Source: a virus (lineage: Duplodnaviria > Caudoviricetes). From it: a DNA stretch of 62,290 nucleotides. Under the pieces are notes generated by a model that was not told the origin of the DNA, did no database searches, and worked only from the letters and a program-made list of their open reading frames with translations. Numbering within the stretch: the first letter of the stretch is position 1; each line of letters opens with the position of its first letter. Positions 35,657 to 44,748 of the stretch are shown here, one piece after another. A program made the position numbers and the translations under genes. The stretch is from the IMG/VR virus record IMGVR_UViG_3300005529_000038, positions 1 through 62,290 of that record; one strand, written 5' to 3'.

Positions 35657-36358
35657 TTGCCCCTGACCACGACGCAATTGTCGCCCGTCCAGAAGTTTCT
35701 GCCGCCGGCGGCGATGGAGATTTTCACCAAGGCGGCGAACGACGCCGACGGCGCCGGGCAGGCCTTCAATGACTGCATCCGCGCCGGCTGGGCCGCAACC
35801 AAGGAAGCCGGCTGGCAGGCGCCATCCACCGGGAAAAAGTGGGTCCTGGTTAACAAGGGCGAACCTGGCGTCGGCGACGTGCACGCCACGGCGCCGATGG
35901 GCGGCAAGAAGCCGAAGAAACCCGGCGACACCACGGTCGACGATGACGGCGACGGCGCCGACTGCGCCAAGGAATTCACCGCCAAGGTGCTCAAGGTCGA
36001 CGGCGGCCACGGCCTGGTGTTCGGCTGGGCGATCGTCTGCAAGCAGGCCGGCGAGGACTATTTCGACACCCAGGGCGACCACATCCCTGAGGACTCGATG
36101 CTGGCGGCCTCGCTCGATTTCATGCTCAACGCCCGCGTCGCCAAGGACATGCATCAGGGCGAGGAGATCGGCCCGATCGTGTTCGCCTGGCCGATGACCG
36201 GCGACATCGCCAAGGCGATGGGCGTCGAGACCGGCGGCCAGACCGGCCTGATGATCGCGATGAAGCCGCCGGCCGACATTCTCCAAAAATTTAGGAACGG
36301 CGATTACACGGGTTTCTCGATTGGCGGCTCGCGGGTCGAAGACGAGGAAGTTGCGTGA
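35657..36358 (+). CDS. Prohead protease (XkdF-like) with ChaB-like N-terminus
   Basis: LPPAAMEIFTKAAN...AGWAA; LVFGWA, DTQGD, DMH, TGFSIGG. Confidence 0.75.
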   Translation: MPLTTTQLSPVQKFLPPAAMEIFTKAANDADGAGQAFNDCIRAGWAATKEAGWQAPSTGKKWVLVNKGEPGVGDVHATAPMGGKKPKKPGDTTVDDDGDGADCAKEFTAKVLKVDGGHGLVFGWAIVCKQAGEDYFDTQGDHIPEDSMLAASLDFMLNARVAKDMHQGEEIGPIVFAWPMTGDIAKAMGVETGGQTGLMIAMKPPADILQKFRNGDYTGFSIGGSRVEDEEVA

Positions 36359-36702
36359 TCCAGTTCGGGCTTGCGTCGCATTCGGCGGTCCGGTGGTTGA
36401 TCGGCTCGGAAAAGGCGATCTACGACCGCGTGATCGATTTCTACATGGGCAATGCTGACACCGACATCGTCGAGGTGGTTGGCCCGCCCACCGAAAAGGA
36501 CTTTGAGGCCGCGAAGAAACGCGGCCATGGCGATCCGGTACCGCTCCCTGTCGTGCGGCTGCAGATGAAGCTGGCGACGAACATGTTGACGGGCGAAAAG
36601 GGCGTGGAAGTGGTTTGCAGCGACGCTGATCTCGATGAGGTCAAGCGCTGGGAGTTGAAGGCGCTGCTCGATTCGTTCAAGGCGAAAGGGATGCCGCAAT
36701 GA
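36355..36702 (+). CDS. Hypothetical protein
   Basis: GTGA/ATGA-coupled in the head operon. Confidence 0.6.
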   Translation: MIQFGLASHSAVRWLIGSEKAIYDRVIDFYMGNADTDIVEVVGPPTEKDFEAAKKRGHGDPVPLPVVRLQMKLATNMLTGEKGVEVVCSDADLDEVKRWELKALLDSFKAKGMPQ

Positions 36703-37763
36703 GCCGGCGCATTATGCGAGCCTTCAAGATGGCGGAGATTTCCGCCGTCGACTTCCCCGCCCAGGTCGGGGCGCGCGCGACGATCCTTAAGCGCGATGAC
36801 AGCGAACCCTATTGGAAGCGCGATTTCACTCAGGAGCAGCGCGACCGAGCGGCGAGTTCCGGTGCGGCGTTGCCGGATGGCTCATTCCCGATCCAGAACG
36901 GGAGCGACCTGGAGAACGCCATCCACGCAATCGGCCGGGCAAAAGACCCGGCCAAGGCAAAGGCCCACATCATCGCACGGGCGAAAACCCTGGGACTAAC
37001 CAGCAAGCTGCCCGACGGATGGACTACCAGCAAAAGGATCGACGACATGACCGAAGCAGAAATTCAGGCGATGCTGGAGAAGGCGGTCGCCAAAGCGACC
37101 GCTCCGCTCCAGGCGGAAATCACCACGCTCAAGGCCGATCTCGAGAAGGCCAAGAAGGCTCCCCCGAAGCCCGCCGATGGCGACGATGAGCCGGACGACG
37201 ACGACGCCACCAAGAAGGCCTGGCGCCCGTACGTCACCAAGATGGTCGAGAAGGCCAAGGCCGCGATGCAGGCCGAGTTCGACAAGGCCAACGCGATCGC
37301 GAAGGGCGACGAAGTCCTCAAGGACGACGCCGGCAACGAAATCCGCAAGTCGGTGGTCGGCGAACAGACCTTCAACTTCATGAAGGCCCAGGCCGAGAAA
37401 ATCGAGCTGGCCGAATTCGGCAAGCGCGCGGAAACGGAAATCCCGCACCTGCCGGGCGAGCAGACGCTCAAGGCCAAGTGCCTGCGCGCGATCTCGAAGC
37501 TCGACAAGGACATCCGCGAGGGCGTCGAGGCCATGCTCAAGGGCGGTTCTGCCGCCGTGAAGTCCATGACCAAGTCGAGCGGTCACAGCAACCCCGTCGC
37601 CAATTCGTCCGAGGAAAAGCTCGAGCAGCTGACCAAGGACCTGATGGCGAAGGACACCAAGCTTTCGCACGCGGAGGCCTACACCAAGGTGCTCGAGTCG
37701 ACGGAAGGCGCCGAGCTGTACCGCGAGATCAGCGTCGCCAAGCGCGCCGCCGCCGCTCGCTAA
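36699..37763 (+). CDS. Scaffold-like head protein
   Basis: EISAVDFPAQ, ALPDGSFPI...NAI.AIGR, K/A/E-rich helices; located before the capsid genes. Confidence 0.7.
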   Translation: MSRRIMRAFKMAEISAVDFPAQVGARATILKRDDSEPYWKRDFTQEQRDRAASSGAALPDGSFPIQNGSDLENAIHAIGRAKDPAKAKAHIIARAKTLGLTSKLPDGWTTSKRIDDMTEAEIQAMLEKAVAKATAPLQAEITTLKADLEKAKKAPPKPADGDDEPDDDDATKKAWRPYVTKMVEKAKAAMQAEFDKANAIAKGDEVLKDDAGNEIRKSVVGEQTFNFMKAQAEKIELAEFGKRAETEIPHLPGEQTLKAKCLRAISKLDKDIREGVEAMLKGGSAAVKSMTKSSGHSNPVANSSEEKLEQLTKDLMAKDTKLSHAEAYTKVLESTEGAELYREISVAKRAAAAR

Positions 37764-37839
37764 AACCCAACCCCAACGGTTCTTGCGGTGCGACCCACCG
37801 CAAGACCGCGTTAACCCTGGATAGGATAGGGGAGAAGCT

Positions 37840-38217
37840 ATGTCTTTCGATACCGTCAACCACCTCGACCAGTCGCTCGAAGCGGCCGCCGATCTTTCGG
37901 CCAAGCAGTATCGCTTCGTGACGATCGATTCGAACGGCCAGGCTGCACTGGCCACCCGCGGCGCGCTTGCCGTCGGTGTGCTGCAGGACAAGCCGAATGC
38001 CGCCGGCCGCGTCGGTGCGGTGCGCACCGTCTCCGGCCTGCCGACCAAGATCGTCCTGGGCGGCACCGTCACCAAGGGTCAGGCGCTTGTGTCTGACGCC
38101 AACGCCGCCGCGGTCAACGCGTCGTCGTCCGACAATGCTTACCTCGGCTTCGCGATGGAATCCGGTTCGTCCGGTCAGATCATCGCGATGCTCTGGCAGC
38201 CGCGTGGTCTGAGCTAG
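37840..38217 (+). CDS. Capsid cement/decoration protein
   Basis: AAADLSAKQYRFV, VGVLQDKP, GGTVTKGQAL. Confidence 0.75.
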   Translation: MSFDTVNHLDQSLEAAADLSAKQYRFVTIDSNGQAALATRGALAVGVLQDKPNAAGRVGAVRTVSGLPTKIVLGGTVTKGQALVSDANAAAVNASSSDNAYLGFAMESGSSGQIIAMLWQPRGLS

Positions 38218-38247
38218 TCGCTCCAGATCACACCCACCCAGCCATGA

Positions 38248-38283
38248 GAGGGCCGCCCACCTGATACGGGCGGCCTTTTCTTT
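38248..38283 (+). terminator. Rho-independent terminator
   Basis: GGCCGCCC-loop-GGGCGGCC-TTTTCTTT. Confidence 0.75.
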
Positions 38284-38318
38284 GGCACCGACGAAGATCC
38301 GGCACAGAGGAAACCCCA

Positions 38319-39347
38319 ATGCCGAATCCCACTGCATCAGACGTCCACGTAAGCGTACCGCTCACCAACATTTCGATCGCCTACATGCAGAAGCCTGATG
38401 GCTTCGTGGCCGATCAGGTGTTCCCCAACATCCCCGTGCAGAAGCAGGCCGATCGTTATTGGGTCTACTCGCGCGCCGACTTCAACCGCAACAGCTTCAA
38501 GCGCCGGGCTCCCGGCACCGAATCTGCGGGCGGCGGCTGGCGGATCGATTCGACGCCCAACTACTTCTCGGAGAAGTGGGCGCTGCACAAGGACATCGAC
38601 GACGACACCCGCGCCAATGCGGATCAGCCGCTCAACATGGATCGCGACGCCACGCTTTGGCTCGGTCAGCAGGCGCTGATCAATCGCGAAGTCAATTGGG
38701 CGACGAAGTTCTTTGGTACCGGCATATGGACCGGCGCCAGCGTCGACGTCACCGGCGTTGCGGCCTCGCCGGCCGGCAACAGCGTGCTGCAGTGGAATGA
38801 CTCCAGCGCGACCCCGGTCAAGGACGTCAAGACCTACAACACCAAAATCCAGCTCGGCACCGGCCTTCGCGCCAACCGCCTGGTGATGGGCCGTCAGGTC
38901 TGGGACGTGCTGTCGGAGCATCCGTCGATCACGGACCGCATCAAGTACGGTGCGAGCCCGAATGCGCCGGCGATCATCACCAAGCAGGCCGTTGCCGCGC
39001 TGATGGAGATCGACCAGCTCATGGTGATGGAGGCGATCGTCAACAACGGTGTTGAGAACGACGCCCAGAACACCGGCGGCGCGATCAACTCCGGCGAGTC
39101 GAACGCCTTCATCGGCGGCAAGTCGGTGCTGCTCGTCTACGCAGCGCCCCAGGCCTCGCTGATGACGCCGTCCGGCGGCTACACCTTCAGCTGGACCGGC
39201 TACACCGGCGCCGGCCCGCTGGGCCAGCGCGTCAAGAACATCCGCATGGAGCCGATCGGATCGGACCGCATCGAGATGGAGATGCACTACGATCAGAAGC
39301 TGGTCGCTGCCGAGTGCGGCGTGTTCTTCACTTCGATCGTCGCCTGA
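38319..39347 (+). CDS. Major capsid protein
   Basis: 342 aa, PLTNISIAY, VFPNIPV, L..HP.I.DRIKY, PSGGYTF; position in the head module. Confidence 0.85.
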   Translation: MPNPTASDVHVSVPLTNISIAYMQKPDGFVADQVFPNIPVQKQADRYWVYSRADFNRNSFKRRAPGTESAGGGWRIDSTPNYFSEKWALHKDIDDDTRANADQPLNMDRDATLWLGQQALINREVNWATKFFGTGIWTGASVDVTGVAASPAGNSVLQWNDSSATPVKDVKTYNTKIQLGTGLRANRLVMGRQVWDVLSEHPSITDRIKYGASPNAPAIITKQAVAALMEIDQLMVMEAIVNNGVENDAQNTGGAINSGESNAFIGGKSVLLVYAAPQASLMTPSGGYTFSWTGYTGAGPLGQRVKNIRMEPIGSDRIEMEMHYDQKLVAAECGVFFTSIVA

Positions 39348-39396
39348 CGGACCGAGGGGTAAGGGCAGCCCGGCCTCAACCCGCTCACGTCAGAAG

Positions 39397-39427
39397 CCCT
39401 CGGCCGAAAGGCCGGGGGTTTTCTTTT
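39397..39427 (+). terminator. Rho-independent terminator
   Basis: CCCTCGGCC-GAAA-GGCCGGGGG-TTTTCTTTT. Confidence 0.85.
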
Positions 39428-39472
39428 GGCCATCAACGTACAATTTACGTTTCGGGCAGAGCTTCCTGCCCC

Positions 39473-39868
39473 ATGGCACAACCGGCTGCAAAATTCTGGC
39501 AAGACAAGTTCGACCCCGCCGCGACGCTGGTCGTCGCCGCCTGGCCGTCGGGCTTCACCCACAAAGGGCGCGCACCGCGCCGCGGCGAGATCCTGGACAA
39601 GTCCGGCGTGGCGCCGAACATCCTGCGCGCGATGTACGAATCGCGCTGGGTCCGGATGGCCGAGCCGCACGAAATTCCCCCTTCGGTGTCGCCATCTCCT
39701 ACCGGCAACGTCACGCAAACGACGGGAGAACCGTCCGGCGAGAGCCCGCCAGCAACCGCGGCCATGGGCCTTAGTGACGGCACCGAACCTGACCCGAAAG
39801 CCGCCTATGCCGAGAAGCTTGCGGCTGAAGGCGCAACTGCCGCGCCGCCCCAGCGCAAGCGCAAATGA
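39473..39868 (+). CDS. Hypothetical protein
   Basis: ORF after the capsid gene, ATGA-coupled to the next gene. Confidence 0.55.
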   Translation: MAQPAAKFWQDKFDPAATLVVAAWPSGFTHKGRAPRRGEILDKSGVAPNILRAMYESRWVRMAEPHEIPPSVSPSPTGNVTQTTGEPSGESPPATAAMGLSDGTEPDPKAAYAEKLAAEGATAAPPQRKRK

Positions 39869-40602
39869 ACGCGCTGCGGGACATCGCAGCGCGGCACGGA
39901 ATCGCCATGGCCCAAGCTCCAATGTCCCCACTTCCACCGCTCGGCCGGGTGGAGGCGCCATGGTGGGACGACAAGCCGCTCGCGATCGTCGGCACCGGAT
40001 CCTCGCTCAACGGCTTCGACTTCGCATCGTTCGACAACCCGCGCTTTCGCGTGCTCGCCGTCAAAGAGGCGGTGTGGGATTTGCCGTTCGCCGCGGCGGT
40101 GTTCGGCCTCGACCGGCCTTGGATCAATCGCCAGGCGCAGCGGCTGCAGGATTGCCCGGTGCCCAAGGTGCTGTCCGTCGAGCCTGAGGTGCGGCCCTGC
40201 GCACAGATCGACGGCGCGCTGTACCTGATGCGCCAGCGCTTCCCGGGCTTCTCCGACGATCCGGCGGTGATCCAGAGCGGCGCCAACTCCGGCTTTGGCG
40301 CGGTCAACTACGCCTACCTGAAACGCGCCAAGCACATTTGCCTGTTCGGCTTCGACTACAAGCCGGGCCCGCACTATTGCCAGGACCGCTACACCGACGG
40401 CAACGGCAACCCGCAGCCGGCCGATCACAACGCGCGCTACTGGCTCAATTGGGGCGACAATTTCAACGACTGCCGGGCGCAGCTCGAGCGCGCCGGCGTC
40501 ACGGTCATGAACGCATCGATCCACTCGACCGTGAAGGCTTTTCCAAAGTGTTCCATCGAGGAGGGGTTACGGTGGCTGATCAACATCCCGCAAAGGTCGT
40601 AG
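39865..40602 (+). CDS. Putative glycosyltransferase (Maf/DUF115 or sialyltransferase-like fold)
   Basis: AIVGTGSSL, NSGFGAVNYAY, ICLFGFDY, VMNAS. Confidence 0.65.
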   Translation: MNALRDIAARHGIAMAQAPMSPLPPLGRVEAPWWDDKPLAIVGTGSSLNGFDFASFDNPRFRVLAVKEAVWDLPFAAAVFGLDRPWINRQAQRLQDCPVPKVLSVEPEVRPCAQIDGALYLMRQRFPGFSDDPAVIQSGANSGFGAVNYAYLKRAKHICLFGFDYKPGPHYCQDRYTDGNGNPQPADHNARYWLNWGDNFNDCRAQLERAGVTVMNASIHSTVKAFPKCSIEEGLRWLINIPQRS

Positions 40603-41378
40603 GCGGCAAGCGGCGAATCTTCATCGGCTTCGATCCGCGCGAGGTGGTCGCGTTCGCCATCGCGCGGGACACCTGCCGGCAGCACATGACATTGCCGGCG
40701 CCGATTTATGGCCTGATGCTGTCCGACCTGCAGCGCAGCGGACTGTATCAGCGGCCGATCGAAATGCGGCCGTCGGCCGCCGATCGCCCGGTGATGTGGG
40801 ACGTGGTCAGCGACGCACCGATGGCCACCGAGCACGCCAATGCGCGTTTCTTCGTGCCGCTGCTCGCCCGCAACGGGTGGGCATTGTTCACCGATGGCGA
40901 CGTGCTGTTTCGCGGCAATGTCTGCCGGCTGTTCGACCAGCTCGACGACAGCAAGGCGGTCTATTGCGTCAAGCACAACCATCAGCCGGCGACCGGCATC
41001 AAGATGGATGGACAGATACAGACGCAATACAGCCGGAAAAACTGGTCGAGCGTCATCGCCTTCAACTGCGATCATCCCGCCAACGCCAAGCTGCGGTCAT
41101 TGAGCTTCCTCAATTCGACGCCGGGCCGCGACCTGCATCGGCTGTGCTGGATCGACGATGACGATCTGATCGGCGAGCTCGCTCCCAACTGGAATTACCT
41201 GGTCGGCTACACCGACCCGTCGATCTCCGCCACCATCGTGCACTTCACGAACGGCGTTCCGGACATGCCAGGCTATGAGACGCAGCGGTATGCCGATGAA
41301 TGGTTCCTGGCGCGCGAACGCTGGATTCGCGGTGGCAGCGGCCTTCTGGTCGACACCTGGATTCAGGGGGGCAAGTGA
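40572..41378 (+). CDS. GT-A (GT8-like) glycosyltransferase
   Basis: IFIGFDPRE, RFFVPLL, ALFTDGD (DxD), RKNWSSV, WNYL, VHFTNG. Confidence 0.8.
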   Translation: MADQHPAKVVGGKRRIFIGFDPREVVAFAIARDTCRQHMTLPAPIYGLMLSDLQRSGLYQRPIEMRPSAADRPVMWDVVSDAPMATEHANARFFVPLLARNGWALFTDGDVLFRGNVCRLFDQLDDSKAVYCVKHNHQPATGIKMDGQIQTQYSRKNWSSVIAFNCDHPANAKLRSLSFLNSTPGRDLHRLCWIDDDDLIGELAPNWNYLVGYTDPSISATIVHFTNGVPDMPGYETQRYADEWFLARERWIRGGSGLLVDTWIQGGK

Positions 41379-41602
41379 TGTGCTTCGCCCCGGATGACAG
41401 GGTCAGGCTCACGCCGGCGATGGCCGCGACGATGATGAAGGGCCTCGCGCCAGGCCTGCGGCGGGCTTCGAAGGTCGATTGGCCGAATCGCGTCGGCACC
41501 GTGCACCACGTCGGCAAGCATGTTGCCCTGCGCTGGGACGGCATGAAGACGATGGACCACTGGCCAGAACGCGCGCTGGAGCTGGCCGATGGGGTTCGGT
41601 GA
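41378..41602 (+). CDS. Hypothetical protein
   Basis: Short coupled ORF. Confidence 0.45.
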   Translation: MCFAPDDRVRLTPAMAATMMKGLAPGLRRASKVDWPNRVGTVHHVGKHVALRWDGMKTMDHWPERALELADGVR

Positions 41603-42416
41603 CGAGATCATCGGCGCGGGCCTAGCGCGCGGTGCGGCCGCGCGCGGCAAGCGCGTGGCGTTCGGCGACGGCCAGCGCGTCATCTGGCACGACAACGCCC
41701 GCTTAATCTTTGCCCGCAATCCTAACGTCGCGCCGCCGGGGACGGAGTGGTGCGGAGACGTCGAATGGATCAAGCACTACCCGGGCCGGCGCGTCTATTG
41801 CGACATCTGCCACGATCGCAGCGGCCGGCACTGGCGCTTTACGCCGGGCCGGGTCACGCCGGGCGAGATGTATTTCTCGGCCGAGGAGATCGCGGCGGCC
41901 GCGGCGATGGCGCCGGAAAGCTTCATCCTGATCGAACCGAACACCAAGCATCAGGCGCCGAACAAGCAATGGGGCCATGATCGCTATGCACAGATTGCTC
42001 GAGCACTATCAGCGCAGGGCTGTCGGGTGGCTCAATTCGCTGCCGGCGGGGTGGCTCTTGATCGTGTCGAGCAAATCCGGACCGTGGATTTTCGTGTCGC
42101 CTGCGCGGTTCTGCAGCGCGCCAGACTGTACATCGGTCCTGAAGGCGGCCTGCACCACGCCGCCGCGGCGCTCGGTGTCCCCGCCGTCGTCATCTTCGGA
42201 GGCTTCATCTCCCCAGCGGTGACCGGCTATGCGATGCACACGAACATTTTCACGGGCGATGAGCTTGGGTGTGGTCGGATTGATCCGTGCAATCATTGCC
42301 GGCAGGCTATGAGCCGGATCGGCGTCGCGCACGTCCTGCACGAAGCTCACAAGATCCTGGAGGCGTGCGATGAGCGCGGTCGGGCGGACGCTGTCGAAAG
42401 CGTATCGCAAGCTTAA
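41589..42416 (+). CDS. GT9-like (heptosyltransferase-like) glycosyltransferase
   Basis: MGFGDEI, NKQW, YIGPEGGLHHAAAALGVPAVVIFG. Confidence 0.8.
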   Translation: MGFGDEIIGAGLARGAAARGKRVAFGDGQRVIWHDNARLIFARNPNVAPPGTEWCGDVEWIKHYPGRRVYCDICHDRSGRHWRFTPGRVTPGEMYFSAEEIAAAAAMAPESFILIEPNTKHQAPNKQWGHDRYAQIARALSAQGCRVAQFAAGGVALDRVEQIRTVDFRVACAVLQRARLYIGPEGGLHHAAAALGVPAVVIFGGFISPAVTGYAMHTNIFTGDELGCGRIDPCNHCRQAMSRIGVAHVLHEAHKILEACDERGRADAVESVSQA

Positions 42417-42885
42417 TACGCGGCTGCATGAGCGGGCGCCGCACTATGGCTGCTCCGGCCAGCTGCACGCCGCGCGCATCCGCACGCTGATGATGGAATT
42501 CGAGACGTCCGATGTGCTCGACTACGGCTGCGGCAAGCGCACGCTCGAGTCCGCGCTCGGCATCGCAATCCACAATTTCGATCCTTGCATCCCGGCGCTG
42601 GCGCGGCCGCCGCAGCCGGCCGACATCGTCGCCTGCATCGAGGTGCTGGAGCACATCGAGCCGGATTATCTCGCACCGCTGCTGACCGACCTGCGGCGCC
42701 TGACCCGACATGTGCTGTTCGCCACCATCGCGGTGGTGCCGTCGACCAAGCTGCTCGATGATGGCCGCAACGCGCACCTGATCGTCGAACCTGAGGATTG
42801 GTGGTTACGCCATATTGACGCGGCGGGGTTCGCCGTGCGTAAGCTGGACCGGCATGACTTCGGGTTCTACGTCACCGCAACATGA
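42370..42885 (+). CDS. Class I SAM-dependent methyltransferase
   Basis: VLDYGCGK, IVACIEVLEHIEP, GRNAHLIV. Confidence 0.85.
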   Translation: MSAVGRTLSKAYRKLNTRLHERAPHYGCSGQLHAARIRTLMMEFETSDVLDYGCGKRTLESALGIAIHNFDPCIPALARPPQPADIVACIEVLEHIEPDYLAPLLTDLRRLTRHVLFATIAVVPSTKLLDDGRNAHLIVEPEDWWLRHIDAAGFAVRKLDRHDFGFYVTAT

Positions 42886-42895
42886 GGAGTCACCG

Positions 42896-43171
42896 GTGGA
42901 AAGACGAACATTCCTGACGGCGCTTGGCCTGGCGCCGGCCGCGATCGGCACCGACGCGTTTCTCGAAAGCTCGCTAAAGAACTTCCCGCAGCAGGCGAAG
43001 GATGCGACGCGCGACAAGATCGCCGCAGCGCTCGATGGCCTGGCGCGCGAGGTGCGAGAAGGCCGCGCGGAAGTCGCCAAGATCAGCGTGCATTCCGACA
43101 TCGCGCCGGCCTCGCTCGTCATCCACAACGTCACGATCAGCCTGCACTACCAGCCGGAGGATATCTCTTGA
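42896..43171 (+). CDS. Small protein with twin-arginine-like N-terminus
   Basis: ERRTFLTALGLAPAA; GAGGAG RBS. Confidence 0.55.
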   Translation: MERRTFLTALGLAPAAIGTDAFLESSLKNFPQQAKDATRDKIAAALDGLAREVREGRAEVAKISVHSDIAPASLVIHNVTISLHYQPEDIS

Positions 43172-43821
43172 AACAGGTCCGCGGCTTTTGGCTCCCCGAT
43201 GCCGAGGAGCATCTGATTCCGTTCCTGCAAAGCGGTCCGGAGTTCGCAGGCGGCCCGACCTATCAGCTGCACAAGCTGATGGCCTGCATGCCGTTCATCA
43301 AGAATTTTGGTCACGCGATCGACGTCGGCGGCCATTGCGGATTGTGGTCGCGCCCGCTGGCGGCGATGTTCGGCAAGGTCACGGCTTTCGAGCCTGTGCT
43401 CGAGCATCGCGAGTGCTTCAAAAAGAACGTCGAAACCTATCCGCCGGGAAATGTCTGGTTGCTGCCTTTCGCGCTCGGCACCCATGACACCACCATCACG
43501 ATGCACACAGGCCAGGCATCGAGCGGCGACACCTGCGTTTCGCTAGGTGGCGAGCATGCCGCGGAGATGCGCACGCTCGACAGCTTCGCGCTGCCGCGCG
43601 TCGACTTCGTCAAGATCGATTGCGAGGGCTATGAGCTGTACGTCCTGCAGGGCGGCGAGCAGCTGATCCGCAAATGGCGGCCGACGATCATCGTCGAGCA
43701 GAAGCCCGGCAAGGGCCGCCAGTTCGGCCTCAGCGACACCGCGGCCGTGAAACTGCTGCAGGATTGGGGCGCGCAGCTGGTCAAGGAAATATCCGGCGAC
43801 TACATCATGAGATGGCCGTGA
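43168..43821 (+). CDS. FkbM-family methyltransferase
   Basis: IDVGGHCG, AFEP, TLDS, FVKIDCEGYE..VLQG. Confidence 0.9.
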   Translation: MKQVRGFWLPDAEEHLIPFLQSGPEFAGGPTYQLHKLMACMPFIKNFGHAIDVGGHCGLWSRPLAAMFGKVTAFEPVLEHRECFKKNVETYPPGNVWLLPFALGTHDTTITMHTGQASSGDTCVSLGGEHAAEMRTLDSFALPRVDFVKIDCEGYELYVLQGGEQLIRKWRPTIIVEQKPGKGRQFGLSDTAAVKLLQDWGAQLVKEISGDYIMRWP

Positions 43822-43959
43822 GCAACCTGATCCTGAATTTGCGCGTCTGGTATTGGCACCTGCAGATCGATCGCGATCGATGGTGGGCGCCGCGCATCAC
43901 CTTCAACGACTACCGTTGGGAGCTAGGCGAACGGTCACCATGGATCGAGCTGTGTTGAG

Positions 43960-44748
43960 ATGCTGTGGTGCTGTATAGAGCCGGAGCGCGTCCAGAAGAC
44001 GACGCCGATCATGGAAGCGATGGCCGCCGGGTTCGGCGGACGGACCTGCCTCGGTGAGCCGCCCGACGATGGCGAAATGTTCGTCACCTGGGGCCAGCTG
44101 TGGAACGCGCTGAAGACGATCCCCAAGGCGCTGAAGCAGGGCCGCCCGTTCCTCCACATCGATAACGGCTATATCGATCCGGCGCGCGGGCTGGCGACAG
44201 GCTATTACCGCATCACCTACAATTCACCGTCGCCGATCATGTGGCCAGACGCGCCGAAAGCGCGCCTGGTCAAGTCGATGGCGCCGTGGCGGGAGAACGG
44301 CCGCGGCATCGTGATCGGCCTGCCCAGCGGATTCTTCGGCCGCGCCTGGGGCATCGACAGCCAGGTCTGGCAGGCCAGCTGCGTCAAAGAGCTGCGGCGC
44401 TACACCGAGCGGCCGGCCTTCACCCGGCTGAAGAAAAGCCCGGTGCCGCTGGCGCGCGACCTGCAGCACGCCTGGGCGCTCTACACCCATTCCAGCAATG
44501 TCGCGGTCGACGCGGTGCTGGCGGGAATCCCGGTGTTCTGCCAGCCCACCTGCCCGGCCGCCCCGGTCGGCAACCTCGACATCGCCCAGATTGAGCGGCC
44601 GGCGATGCCGGACCGGCAGGCATGGTTCAACAGCTTAATCGCCCAGCAATACACTGTGGATGAAATGCGCTCCGGACTGGCGCGCGACCATGTCGCCGCC
44701 GTGATTGCGAGGGCAAATGCAGGTTCTCACCCCGACCGGGTACGTTGA
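43960..44748 (+). CDS. GT-B-like / capsule-modification-like protein
   Basis: HIDNGY, YYRI, THSSNVAVDAVLAGIPVF, QYTVDEM.SG. Confidence 0.6.
   Translation: MLWCCIEPERVQKTTPIMEAMAAGFGGRTCLGEPPDDGEMFVTWGQLWNALKTIPKALKQGRPFLHIDNGYIDPARGLATGYYRITYNSPSPIMWPDAPKARLVKSMAPWRENGRGIVIGLPSGFFGRAWGIDSQVWQASCVKELRRYTERPAFTRLKKSPVPLARDLQHAWALYTHSSNVAVDAVLAGIPVFCQPTCPAAPVGNLDIAQIERPAMPDRQAWFNSLIAQQYTVDEMRSGLARDHVAAVIARANAGSHPDRVR

Noticed and set aside
39435-39451. Palindrome AACGTACAATTTACGTT as another operator copy
   Set aside because: It deviates from the TACGYCA-N3-TGRCGTA consensus at several conserved positions
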